A program made the translations under genes and the position numbers. This document shows positions 38,359-47,867 of a stretch of 64,000 nt of DNA, in pieces (the stretch's first letter is position 1; each line of letters begins with the position of its first letter). The notes beneath the pieces are model-generated. The model had not been told where the DNA came from, searched no databases, and saw nothing but the letters and a program-made list of their open reading frames with translations. The stretch covers positions 1 through 64,000 of the IMG/VR virus record IMGVR_UViG_3300020154_000003, one strand, 5' to 3'.

Positions 38359-38763
38359 ATGGTATATAAAAGTAAGTTTGCAGTACTTCTCGATGATGAA
38401 GCAGTACTTTTCAATAATGAGGGTGATTTTAAATACTCACCAGATTATAATAATGTTGTTGTTTACATAAAAGATAATGCACTTCTTTTTGAAGGGTATA
38501 GATATAAAAAACAAAGATTGACTGATAAAAGATATTATATTGATAATATCACTGACATGAATGAATTGGGTGAATTCGTTTATTTGGATTACTATTTTGT
38601 TCGTAAAAAAGAGTTCTTTTCAAAGAAAGAGTACTACAAAGCAAAGGGTTGTTGGGTAGATGATTTTGCTGAAATCAAACAAACGACTCTTATCAAAAAG
38701 TATTTGCCCAACTTCAAAATAACATATATTGGAGAGGCATTAGAAATTCTCGAAAAGCATTAA
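38359..38763 (+). CDS. Hypothetical protein inserted between tube and sheath genes
   Basis: 134-aa ORF on the opposite strand with its own promoter-like element and terminator. Confidence 0.55.
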   Translation: MVYKSKFAVLLDDEAVLFNNEGDFKYSPDYNNVVVYIKDNALLFEGYRYKKQRLTDKRYYIDNITDMNELGEFVYLDYYFVRKKEFFSKKEYYKAKGCWVDDFAEIKQTTLIKKYLPNFKITYIGEALEILEKH

Positions 38764-38767
38764 AAAA

Positions 38768-38803
38768 TAAAAAAAAGCCTCTTTTTTAAGGAGGCTTTTT
38801 TTT
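38768..38803. terminator. Bidirectional terminator
   Basis: A-tract, GCCTC/GAGGC stem (38777-38795), T-tract. Confidence 0.8.
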
Positions 38804-38822
38804 GAAAGGAGAGGGTGATTAA

Positions 38823-41546
38823 TTAGTTCTCGAAAGAAGCACCTGAAGGAGAGATTGTGAAGTTCAATCCAATGTATTCTACTGATTTAGTAGGTACGAT
38901 TGAGATTTCGCCATACAATTCATTTCTGTCTCTGCTCTCAGGGGTATTATTAGTATCATCCATTTTAACTTGGAATTGCTCTAATCCTCTTTCTCTCTTA
39001 ACAGTATCCAATATTGGATTAACTTTGTTCAAGAAGCTGTCGATTGTAGTTTGATCATTTTGTTCGAAAACAAGTCTAACCGCGATGTTAGAGATCAATA
39101 CTTTCAATTGCAACAACAATCTTCTAACGTTAACTCTGTCAAGAGCAGATTGTCTCTTTTGTAATGTCTTCTGTCCGAAGATAGCAACGCCAGTTTCAGG
39201 GAATGTTGCCATAGGGTTAATTCTACCGTTGTAAAGCGTGTCTCTTTCTTCAAGAGAAAGTTTTCTTCTTGCTCTCTTAGCATCGGTAACACCTCTTTGT
39301 AAACCTGCAGGAGCGAACCAAGGGAATGCAATGTTGTCATTGAATGCGATTGATTTAACAACCTCAGCAGTTGGAGGAATGTATACGTTTTGATTATTTG
39401 TTGTATCTCTAATTTGAATCCAAGGATAGTAGATTGCAGCGTAGCTAGAATCAATATCTGCAGCATCAAGTAAGTCAACAATGTCTTCAGCTAAAGTAGC
39501 TGTATCAGGCTGATCAGGAGCATCAATGATGTACAATGAGTCTGCTCTTCTTTCTTCAACCAATTCGATACCTGAATTAATAAGTGATAAGTTATCACTG
39601 AAGTTAATACCCGGAGTTGCGAATAAGTTGATAGTTACTTGCTCAGGATTTGCAAAAGTTTCAATTGCATTTGCCCATGCTTGGTAATCAGTAGCTACAG
39701 CAGATGCACTTGCAGCACCGTCATAAATCTGACCACTTGCGTAAAGGTCACCATTGCTTCTTCTTACTCTATGTTCATCCCAACCATCGAAACCACCATA
39801 AGGTACGAAAGTGAATTTTCTACTATTTTTAGCGAAGTATGCGTTTGAATTATCAGCCACATCACTTGCAGTTTGGAATGCTGATTCACCAACTTCGAAT
39901 TCACCGATGATTGTTGCACCATCAGAATATGAACCAGTTGCACCTGAATCTAAGTGGAAACCTTTTGTTTTAAGATAGCCACTAGGAGCGTTACCATTGC
40001 TAGTGCTAATATCTAAACCAGCAAAATTGAATAAGTTTTGGTTGATGCCAGTACCTTCCAAGTTTGCTGCATCATAAGCTTTTTCAGACACACCAAGATA
40101 AGTTCTGTTAACTCTGTCAGTAGTTTCGTAAGATGTTTTATAGAACATTGCAGGTGCTTTAGCGTCACTTCCAAAAGAAGTTGCAGAAGCTGCGAAATCG
40201 TAATAAACATATCCTTCAAAACCAGCAGGGAACGCATCGTTAGGAGCATTAGCATCAAGTTCAAGCATGATGAAATTGCTCTGAATATCGAAATCACCAT
40301 CCGATGTACCGATTCTGTTACCAATATAGTTGTTTAAACCTTTCTGCATTGAGCATCTTAAGAATGACTCAAGAGGCACCATATTATCGTCAGTATCATT
40401 GAAATCACGGACAATAATGTCGAATTCTTTTGAAACTGGATCGATGTTTTGGATTGAAATTTTAATCTCTCTGTTAGCTGCGTTACCGTCAGAAATAGAG
40501 ATGAATTTGAATAATCTCTCAACAGTGTTACCACGCAATTCAGAAACAACCCAAGGAGTCTCAGGAGTTTTAAATGCATCTCTGTAATCTGTGAAGGCTG
40601 AAGATGTTGCTTTAACAAGGGTGCTAGAAACACCATATGCAACGCCATCAGCATCTAATTTCTTAATTAAATCAGGAAATACTGATTCAACATATATTTT
40701 TGTGTTTTTACCTTTTGGTTTATTACCAAGTACATTCGAGATGAAGTCTCTTGAATCAGGATTCAATGATACTACATATTCTTCAGAGCCATCAGCACCA
40801 GTTGCAGTGATTGTGAATTTACCAAACAAGTCACCAGTGCCTGTGTTGGTTGCATTTGAAGTAATTGTTACTGCACTCGCATCAAAAGTTGTTTCAGGAG
40901 AAGCATCTTCAACATCTTCAACAGATGCTCTTGATCTGATGAGAGCAACTACCATGTTTTCGTAGTCAGAAAGAGTGTTAGCAGTAATTGTTCTTGTGAA
41001 ATCTGTAACAGTTCCGCTACCACTAGAGTAAGTAAGAACACTTATTTCGTGTTGGACTGTAGTGAAAAAGCTTCCAGTTTTTGTGTAACCAGTATTAACA
41101 ATGCCAGTCTCTCCAGTTGCTGTGATAGACATACCCAAATATGAGCCATTACTATATGCTTCAACTGTTGATCCTGTTGCTGTTTGTCCTGTTGTTGATG
41201 TGTCAACACCTGCACTAAGCGTTACTGCCCATGCTGGCCCTGCCTGATAACCAGACAAACCAAGAACTCTAGTAACGTAAAGTTGATTTGATTGATCCAA
41301 ATAAGAATTTGCCACATAAGGTAGTTGATATTTCAAATCACCTGAAGGGAATTTCTCAATAGATTGTTCACCAAATCTCGCTCTAAATTGTCCTTTGTCC
41401 TCAATCGCTACTGGTTGAAATGCTGGCCCTTTAGGAGTTTCGCCAACCAAACCAAGGGTGGTTACACCAACTGTTTTGGTTACGAATGATAAGTCTTGTT
41501 CTCTAAATTTTACTCCGGGGCTAACGAATACAAAGTTATTTGCCAT
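38823..41546 (-). CDS. Contractile tail sheath protein (T4 gp18-like) with insertion domains
   Basis: FVSPGVKFRE, GETPKGP, YYPW, IPPTAEV, WFAPAG..RG, NGRINP, GQKT, DRVNVRRL, FEQND. Confidence 0.95.
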   Translation of the reverse strand: MANNFVFVSPGVKFREQDLSFVTKTVGVTTLGLVGETPKGPAFQPVAIEDKGQFRARFGEQSIEKFPSGDLKYQLPYVANSYLDQSNQLYVTRVLGLSGYQAGPAWAVTLSAGVDTSTTGQTATGSTVEAYSNGSYLGMSITATGETGIVNTGYTKTGSFFTTVQHEISVLTYSSGSGTVTDFTRTITANTLSDYENMVVALIRSRASVEDVEDASPETTFDASAVTITSNATNTGTGDLFGKFTITATGADGSEEYVVSLNPDSRDFISNVLGNKPKGKNTKIYVESVFPDLIKKLDADGVAYGVSSTLVKATSSAFTDYRDAFKTPETPWVVSELRGNTVERLFKFISISDGNAANREIKISIQNIDPVSKEFDIIVRDFNDTDDNMVPLESFLRCSMQKGLNNYIGNRIGTSDGDFDIQSNFIMLELDANAPNDAFPAGFEGYVYYDFAASATSFGSDAKAPAMFYKTSYETTDRVNRTYLGVSEKAYDAANLEGTGINQNLFNFAGLDISTSNGNAPSGYLKTKGFHLDSGATGSYSDGATIIGEFEVGESAFQTASDVADNSNAYFAKNSRKFTFVPYGGFDGWDEHRVRRSNGDLYASGQIYDGAASASAVATDYQAWANAIETFANPEQVTINLFATPGINFSDNLSLINSGIELVEERRADSLYIIDAPDQPDTATLAEDIVDLLDAADIDSSYAAIYYPWIQIRDTTNNQNVYIPPTAEVVKSIAFNDNIAFPWFAPAGLQRGVTDAKRARRKLSLEERDTLYNGRINPMATFPETGVAIFGQKTLQKRQSALDRVNVRRLLLQLKVLISNIAVRLVFEQNDQTTIDSFLNKVNPILDTVKRERGLEQFQVKMDDTNNTPESRDRNELYGEISIVPTKSVEYIGLNFTISPSGASFEN

Positions 41547-41601
41547 TTGCTATTGATATTTTAGTTTATAATTATAATTTGCTTAGTTTGAAACTTTTTT
41601 T

Positions 41602-41652
41602 ATAAATACTATTCTTTCCGTCAAAATCAATATTTTTCGACATTGTATTTAT
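41602..41652. promoter_or_regulatory. Back-to-back divergent late promoters (ATAAATAC 41602-41609; GTATTTAT 41645-41652)
   Basis: The motif appears once on each strand, each pointing into a structural gene. Confidence 0.6.
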
Positions 41653-41674
41653 AAAAAATAATAAGTACTCATTT

Positions 41675-43813
41675 ATGGGAAATAAGTCATACAGGATAAA
41701 AACTACCGCAGGTGGTAGTGATAAATACTTGAAAGTTAAGCTAGAGCAAGAAACTGACCTCGTAGAAATTTTATCGTTGAAAATAACCCAAAAGGACATT
41801 TACGCTAGTTTTAACGCTGATTTTGGGGTTCTGGTCGGTAGAGTGCTTGCAAATGGAGGAATAGGGATTCCGAATGCCAAAATTTCAATTTTTATACCGA
41901 TTACGGATGACGATAAGACCAATTCAGAAATAGCTTCAATTTACCCATATACCAATCCAAGGGATAAAAATGCTGATGGGGTTCGATATAATCTTCTTCC
42001 ACGGGTTGCAGTTAATAACCCATTCAATACCGCAGGTCAATTCACACCAGCCGTGCCAGTAGGTACTTTCCCTACAAAAGAGGAAATCACGACAAATGAG
42101 ACATTCTTAGAGGTTTACAAGAAGTATTTTAAATACACCACCGTAACTAACACCTCAGGAGATTATATGATCTACGGGGTTCCTGTGGGCCTCCACACAG
42201 TTCATATGTCTGTGGATGTAACTGACATTGGGGATTATTCAATGACTCCCGGAACTATGGTGAGCCAGCTTGGTTATTCGCCAGTACTGTTCGAAAATAA
42301 TAAGGTAAAGTTCAGTACTGACTTAGATACTATACCAAATATTGAAACCCAAAATATAAGTGTGGACATTCGACCTTTTTGGGGTGATCGAGATAATTTC
42401 GAGATTGGTATAACCAGACAAGATTTTAAAATTCGTGCTACGTTGGTTTCAAGCGTGACAGTATTTGGTGCTGGATTCACCGATAATTTTTATGCTTCAT
42501 ATGGTAGAGACGATTATTTTGGGGATAGAGATGATTCAGCATCAGCGATGTCTCAAAATGAAGGGGAATATCCTCAACCTGCTAGTGGTGATGCTGGCGT
42601 TCGTGATGGTGTTAAGTATAACGTTGGTGTTGCATCAAGAAGAAATGGATTATTTGAGATTGAAGTGTATACAATTCCAAATACTGTCACGATGAATGAA
42701 ATTCAGAGTGGTGATTTTAATACGACAACGGACATACAGCTATTAGATAAGTCTCAATATAATGAAATTTTAGATGATGGTATGTTTATTCTAACATTAC
42801 CTTGCAATAGAGCCAAAAAAGTAGTAAATGAGTTTGGTGAGTTGGTTGATACAACTGATGATGATCCTAATGGTATTTTTACGCAATTCGTTGGTATGTT
42901 TATTATTGATTATGGGCCAGAATTGTCACAATATCAAATAAATAATGTGACTGATAGAAGTCAAAGAAGTAGACAAGACAGAACAAGAATTAAAATTCCT
43001 CAATCTGCTCCAGACCCTGTGTTGGAGGAAATTTTTGGACTTACTTTTGAAGCTTCAGACACGTTTTCCACTGAAAGAGATGGAAATTTTGGTGGAAAAA
43101 CTAAAGAACAACGAATAGAATTGAATGAGCGATGGAGAAAACAAGCATTCAATTTTGAGGGAGGTAAAATATATAGTGTTGCAAAATTCTATGGAACTGC
43201 TTACGAAGATCAGGCTGGTGCTAGAGTTAGATACTCGATGACTGGCGATACTACAAATAAAAATCTTGACGTTTGGAGAAATGCTGGTGGCTTACCTCAA
43301 TTAAGTAGTGGCGACACGGCGCAGGAATTTCCATATAACGTTACTAATGCGACATACAATTTTAATTGGAGTAATGCTCCTGAGCCATTAATATCAAACG
43401 TAAAAACTTTTGCTGGTGAATGGTTAAATATGTGTATTTATTTCCCGCAAATATTTAATTATACTGGTGGTGAACAAGATGTTACACGTATGTTAACTAC
43501 TGATTATGCTGGTCATACCGATATGACTATTGAAAATACTTACAATGTGGTAGGTACAAGAAAAGATACGTCTTACTTCTTGAGATCGGACATTCATCAA
43601 TCAACATTTATTGAAGTACCTAAAGCGGATTTAGTTAATATAATTCAGAATGCACCCGATAAAAAAGGATTTACTAGTGCTGATCCTGAATTTCTTTCAA
43701 ATCCATTAAGTGGTTCATACCAAGGATTGGCCGACACAAAATACTTTTATCGAGGTTTACATGATGCTGATGTTATCACATTTTTGCAACAAAATGGTAT
43801 TATATCGGCATAA
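41675..43813 (+). CDS. Putative virion structural protein with an N-terminal carboxypeptidase-regulatory-like beta domain
   Basis: GVLVGRVLANGGIGIPNAKISIF and TNTSGDYMIYGVPVG pattern; late motif upstream. Confidence 0.55.
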   Translation: MGNKSYRIKTTAGGSDKYLKVKLEQETDLVEILSLKITQKDIYASFNADFGVLVGRVLANGGIGIPNAKISIFIPITDDDKTNSEIASIYPYTNPRDKNADGVRYNLLPRVAVNNPFNTAGQFTPAVPVGTFPTKEEITTNETFLEVYKKYFKYTTVTNTSGDYMIYGVPVGLHTVHMSVDVTDIGDYSMTPGTMVSQLGYSPVLFENNKVKFSTDLDTIPNIETQNISVDIRPFWGDRDNFEIGITRQDFKIRATLVSSVTVFGAGFTDNFYASYGRDDYFGDRDDSASAMSQNEGEYPQPASGDAGVRDGVKYNVGVASRRNGLFEIEVYTIPNTVTMNEIQSGDFNTTTDIQLLDKSQYNEILDDGMFILTLPCNRAKKVVNEFGELVDTTDDDPNGIFTQFVGMFIIDYGPELSQYQINNVTDRSQRSRQDRTRIKIPQSAPDPVLEEIFGLTFEASDTFSTERDGNFGGKTKEQRIELNERWRKQAFNFEGGKIYSVAKFYGTAYEDQAGARVRYSMTGDTTNKNLDVWRNAGGLPQLSSGDTAQEFPYNVTNATYNFNWSNAPEPLISNVKTFAGEWLNMCIYFPQIFNYTGGEQDVTRMLTTDYAGHTDMTIENTYNVVGTRKDTSYFLRSDIHQSTFIEVPKADLVNIIQNAPDKKGFTSADPEFLSNPLSGSYQGLADTKYFYRGLHDADVITFLQQNGIISA

Positions 43814-43840
43814 AAAAAAAGCCTCCATATGGAGGCTTTT
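43812..43840. terminator. Bidirectional terminator
   Basis: AAAAGCCTCC-ATAT-GGAGGCTTTT perfect hairpin between convergent genes. Confidence 0.85.
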
Positions 43841-43859
43841 CGGTTTAGGTCTGGTTAGG

Positions 43860-44360
43860 TTATTTTAATGTGAATGTCATGACAACCTTCTCAACGTCTT
43901 GAAGCCGCATACCCGAATTAACTTGTACGGTCTTCTTACTTAAATCTTTTGCTGGTGTTATGATCTCGAATTCCCATCCATTACTTGTGGTGACCAGTAA
44001 CTTTCCGTTGGTTTCCTTCACTTCATATGTTGATTCTACAGTTTTCGATTGACAATTTAATATTTGTGATGCTTTTGCACCTGCAGCAAATTTAAAGTCA
44101 ATATCTTCAAGGTTGGCTTTTACTGCTTGAGGAAAGCCTGTTTCATCACAACCTCCATTGAAGGTGTAATCAACGGAATTATCGGTAACTACAATGGATT
44201 GAAGTTCCCATGTTCCAATAATCCCTTCTTTCACCAATTCCAGATTGGTTTTAGTAGGTTCTTTTGGTTGCGGGTCTTCCGACTCATCTCCACACGAAGT
44301 GAAAGACAGGGCTACAACGGCCAAAACCATTGTAAAAAGGCTGAATTTAAGGTTTTTCAT
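43860..44360 (-). CDS. Bacteroidota-type lipoprotein, lipocalin-like
   Basis: Signal peptide II MKNLKFSLFTMVLAVVALSFTS-C, acidic GDESED after Cys, then IIGTWELQS lipocalin-like start. Confidence 0.75.
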   Translation of the reverse strand: MKNLKFSLFTMVLAVVALSFTSCGDESEDPQPKEPTKTNLELVKEGIIGTWELQSIVVTDNSVDYTFNGGCDETGFPQAVKANLEDIDFKFAAGAKASQILNCQSKTVESTYEVKETNGKLLVTTSNGWEFEIITPAKDLSKKTVQVNSGMRLQDVEKVVMTFTLK

Positions 44361-44460
44361 AATATTAAAGTTTATTTAAGTGTCTGTTAATCAATTATAC
44401 GTAAATAAGTTAAAAATGTTTTGGTTTATTGAAAAAATCATTTATTAGCTATTTATACGT

Positions 44461-45603
44461 ATGAATGAGCCAATTCAGATTCAGTTAGGAAGTAGTAGAA
44501 GTGTAAACAGTATAAATGTTGACGAATACGTAAATATAGGTCTTCAAAGTAATGAAGTCACGATTTTACCATATAGTCAAACCTCAGTTATAAATGTGGC
44601 TGAAATATTTGATAACGAAAGACAGGCGAGTTTAAATTATAGAATATATGGTGACGTGGATTTTTTGAGTGTTGTTAATGGATTGTTAAAAACTTATACA
44701 AAAGTCTCTGATTTTTTCACAAGGCCATTAATAGGATCGGAACAGCTTGGGCTAACACGGAATCTTTTGAATTGTTTTGATATTTATCTTTGTAAATTAT
44801 CAACTGGTCATACTTCGGGTGCATCGTCATTATATAATACAAGATACGAAATTTTAACAAATCTATCTGACATTGAACTTTACAATTCAGGTTACGGTAA
44901 GAATATCTTCAACGATCAAAAGTATTCCTTTAATTTTAATATAGACGTTGATGTTACTGATATGTGGGACAGTTTCGGTAAACCGATAATGAATCTTTAT
45001 CTGTTCTTTAATTTTAAGCCTGTGATTGAAAAAGGAGAAACAGTTTCAAAAAAATTCTTCATACCTTCTGCTCCAGATCAACCAATAACGTATCAAGTTT
45101 ATAGTAAAGGTGACGTTGTAGATGGTGATTTGGTTTTTTATGAAAAATCGAATTTTGAAGAAGTTCTCATTGAAAGGCAAGAATATTTTGTCACTTTCCC
45201 TTGTACCGATGTGGGCATAAACGTCTTACAATTTAAATATTATCCTTTTGTTCCAGTAAAGTTAAGAGATTTTTCAGATGTTATTGTGAGTGCCAATATT
45301 AGTGGAACTAGTATAAACGATACTGAAATACCTTCATATGCAGTGAAAATCGATAATGATGGTAATTATATTTGGAAAAACATTTTAGAAAATGGATATA
45401 TTGACCCCATCTCAAACTTGGGTGTTAATCATCCCTTTGTTAACAACACACACTATGTATTTACTAATGTAATACTGGATTTAGTACCTGATTTAGACAA
45501 CTCATTTACTCAAACTGCATTTACTAACATTAAGTTTGGCCCGAATACTTTACTTAACAGCAAGCCAATAACTTCACTTAACAACCTTGGGACAAAATGT
45601 TAA
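44461..45603 (+). CDS. Putative virion structural protein
   Basis: 380 aa; CTATTTAT immediately upstream. Confidence 0.5.
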   Translation: MNEPIQIQLGSSRSVNSINVDEYVNIGLQSNEVTILPYSQTSVINVAEIFDNERQASLNYRIYGDVDFLSVVNGLLKTYTKVSDFFTRPLIGSEQLGLTRNLLNCFDIYLCKLSTGHTSGASSLYNTRYEILTNLSDIELYNSGYGKNIFNDQKYSFNFNIDVDVTDMWDSFGKPIMNLYLFFNFKPVIEKGETVSKKFFIPSAPDQPITYQVYSKGDVVDGDLVFYEKSNFEEVLIERQEYFVTFPCTDVGINVLQFKYYPFVPVKLRDFSDVIVSANISGTSINDTEIPSYAVKIDNDGNYIWKNILENGYIDPISNLGVNHPFVNNTHYVFTNVILDLVPDLDNSFTQTAFTNIKFGPNTLLNSKPITSLNNLGTKC

Positions 45604-46331
45604 AATATAATGTTCGTATATCGCCAGTTGGTAATGATTTAAATTTAACATTTCCCCTTTCCAGTAAATCAAACTTGAGTGGGTTAAGTCAGGATATTCA
45701 AGACCTTGTGACTGATCAGTCGGATAACAGTATTAATTTAGGTACGGATGGAGAAAAAACTCGGTTTACTCCTAACGGATTTACAGGTATCACATTTTGG
45801 AATGGTATTATGACTGGTTTTACCACGTTAGAAGTTAAAACTCAAGCATATGTTAATAGTTTCTTCATCATTCAAATCTATGATACACCAGTAAGCGATA
45901 CTCAAACCTTGCTGCATACCAGTTTCATTAATGGTTATTATTTTACAACAGGAGTGACTGCCATTTTTGATTGGACGAACGTGTTTGAATACACTGACCT
46001 TCACATACCTACTGATTATTTGGCAACTTTTTCAGGTAATACTGTTAATGTATATTGTAAAACTAATTTTTATAATGCTAAATTAGGTAAAATTGATCCG
46101 TTTTACGATGTGTATGCAACTGGCAATACAGAATCGAAACTTTATAAAATGATGACTTTGAATAAAACGAATAGAACCTATTCAATTACTGGAAATATGC
46201 ATTTTGCCAAGATCAATAATCCAGAATATGTAGAATTGATCAATGACAGCATTGAATCCTTTAATGTTGAGAAGCCAACTTACCCTACAGGGAATACTTT
46301 CAATCCAAACGGTACGTATACAATCATTTAA
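45597..46331 (+). CDS. Putative virion structural protein, Thr-rich
   Basis: 244 aa, overlaps the previous gene; six [ST]-G-x-T motifs. Confidence 0.5.
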   Translation: MLKYNVRISPVGNDLNLTFPLSSKSNLSGLSQDIQDLVTDQSDNSINLGTDGEKTRFTPNGFTGITFWNGIMTGFTTLEVKTQAYVNSFFIIQIYDTPVSDTQTLLHTSFINGYYFTTGVTAIFDWTNVFEYTDLHIPTDYLATFSGNTVNVYCKTNFYNAKLGKIDPFYDVYATGNTESKLYKMMTLNKTNRTYSITGNMHFAKINNPEYVELINDSIESFNVEKPTYPTGNTFNPNGTYTII

Positions 46332-46363
46332 GAAAGTTTTAGTATTTATTATAAAGTATTTTT

Positions 46364-47134
46364 ATGGAAAAAAAGTCACTAAATGAGCATATTGATAGAA
46401 TGATAAAAATTTCGGAATACAAAATTCCTGAAACCAAAAGAACTTTGGTTGAAATGTCGTTACCTATCGGTGAAGTGGCCCCAATGGGACAACAACCACA
46501 GCAACAAAATCCTGCTCAGGTAGATCAAGCCTTCGAAAGAGAGGTTGATGCAGCACTTAATCAAATAATGCAGACTTTACCACAAGAATTACAGAAAATA
46601 GCGACCACACAAGGTGATAAAGACGGTCAAATTGAACCAATAGGTCAGGAAAATCAACAACCTGCTGCCCAACCACAAGGTAATCCTGTAGCTGAAGCTG
46701 AATTAAATGAAGCAGTGGGAGCACTGATCGCAGGTGGAGCCTTGGCATTGCCCGCAATAGGTAATTTAGTAGGAAAAGCGATCTCTTTTTTAGGTAAAAG
46801 AGCCGATAGTCAAGTAATTCAAAAGATGGGTGATCGTGTAACCCATGCTGCGGAGCATTTACATCATAAATATGAATCTATTATTGATAGAATTCTCAGT
46901 CCCTTAACGAAAAATCTCGATCCAAACACCAGAAAGTTAATTAACAAAGGCGTTTTTTACGCGATTGTTGCTGCTTTAGGTGGTGCTGGTGCAATTGGAG
47001 CCACACACGCAGTACAAGGAGGTAACATTGGCCTTGCTGCCGTTGAAGGTGGATTGACAGGAGTGAAAGCCAGCGAGTTAGTTGCTGCAGCCCGCACAAT
47101 TATCCCAAGAATTTTGAGCCAAGTAGTTGCGTAA
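46364..47134 (+). CDS. Late protein with Gln/Pro linker and Gly/Ala-rich hydrophobic helices; candidate internal/ejected protein
   Basis: GTATTTAT 14 nt upstream; leader shared with ORF 7263..8003. Confidence 0.5.
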   Translation: MEKKSLNEHIDRMIKISEYKIPETKRTLVEMSLPIGEVAPMGQQPQQQNPAQVDQAFEREVDAALNQIMQTLPQELQKIATTQGDKDGQIEPIGQENQQPAAQPQGNPVAEAELNEAVGALIAGGALALPAIGNLVGKAISFLGKRADSQVIQKMGDRVTHAAEHLHHKYESIIDRILSPLTKNLDPNTRKLINKGVFYAIVAALGGAGAIGATHAVQGGNIGLAAVEGGLTGVKASELVAAARTIIPRILSQVVA

Positions 47135-47157
47135 TTGTTAACTTTTGTTAGATTTGC
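47127..47157 (+). promoter_or_regulatory. Bacteroidota consensus promoter TTG-N19-TAGATTTGC
   Basis: Exact match to the -33/-7 consensus; the -7 element lies within an inverted repeat. Confidence 0.65.
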
Positions 47158-47177
47158 TATTCTAACAAAGTTAAATA

Positions 47178-47867
47178 ATGAAATATGTATCCATTGACAT
47201 CGAAACTACTGGTCTCGATGAAAATCAACATCAAATACTTGAATTTGCTGCAATAATTGAGGACACTCAACTTAATCTTTCCTACGAAGACATCCCTAAA
47301 TTCAGAAGGGTAATTATCAATCCAGATGATAAATATGTTTTTTCTTCATATGCATGTAGTTTAAATACACGTCTCGTTAAAATTATATCGAGAATTGTCG
47401 AAAATAATTCTTTTGATAAAATTAATCTCCCTAACATGGATGATGGGTATTGTTATCCCGACAATCTAATTGTTTCATTTGCAGATTTTTTAACATCTAA
47501 TGATGATAAATGGGCAAGATCGTTTCAAAAAGAAATTATTCCAGTAGGGAAAAATTTTAAAGGCTTTGACCAGAAATTTATTACACGATTGAAGCACTTC
47601 AACGAGTTTATAAAGTTTGAATATAGAACCTTAGACCCTGCCTCACTTTTTGTTAATTGGGATGAAGACGCTTCAGTACCATCTACGAGTACATGTAAAA
47701 AAAGAGCGGGATTAGGAAATTCAGTATCTCACGAAGCATTGGCAGATGCTTGGGATGTAATTCAATTATTTCGGTTCGACAGAGAACAAAAAAATGAATT
47801 CAAAAGATTAAAAAAATTGAATGAACCTAATTTTGATGTGTATAATGGTAAAACACTATTGGGATGA
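47178..47867 (+). CDS. DEDDh 3'-5' exonuclease (DnaQ/oligoribonuclease-like)
   Basis: IDIETTGL (ExoI), GKN..GFD (ExoII), HEALADA (ExoIII). Confidence 0.88.
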   Translation: MKYVSIDIETTGLDENQHQILEFAAIIEDTQLNLSYEDIPKFRRVIINPDDKYVFSSYACSLNTRLVKIISRIVENNSFDKINLPNMDDGYCYPDNLIVSFADFLTSNDDKWARSFQKEIIPVGKNFKGFDQKFITRLKHFNEFIKFEYRTLDPASLFVNWDEDASVPSTSTCKKRAGLGNSVSHEALADAWDVIQLFRFDREQKNEFKRLKKLNEPNFDVYNGKTLLG

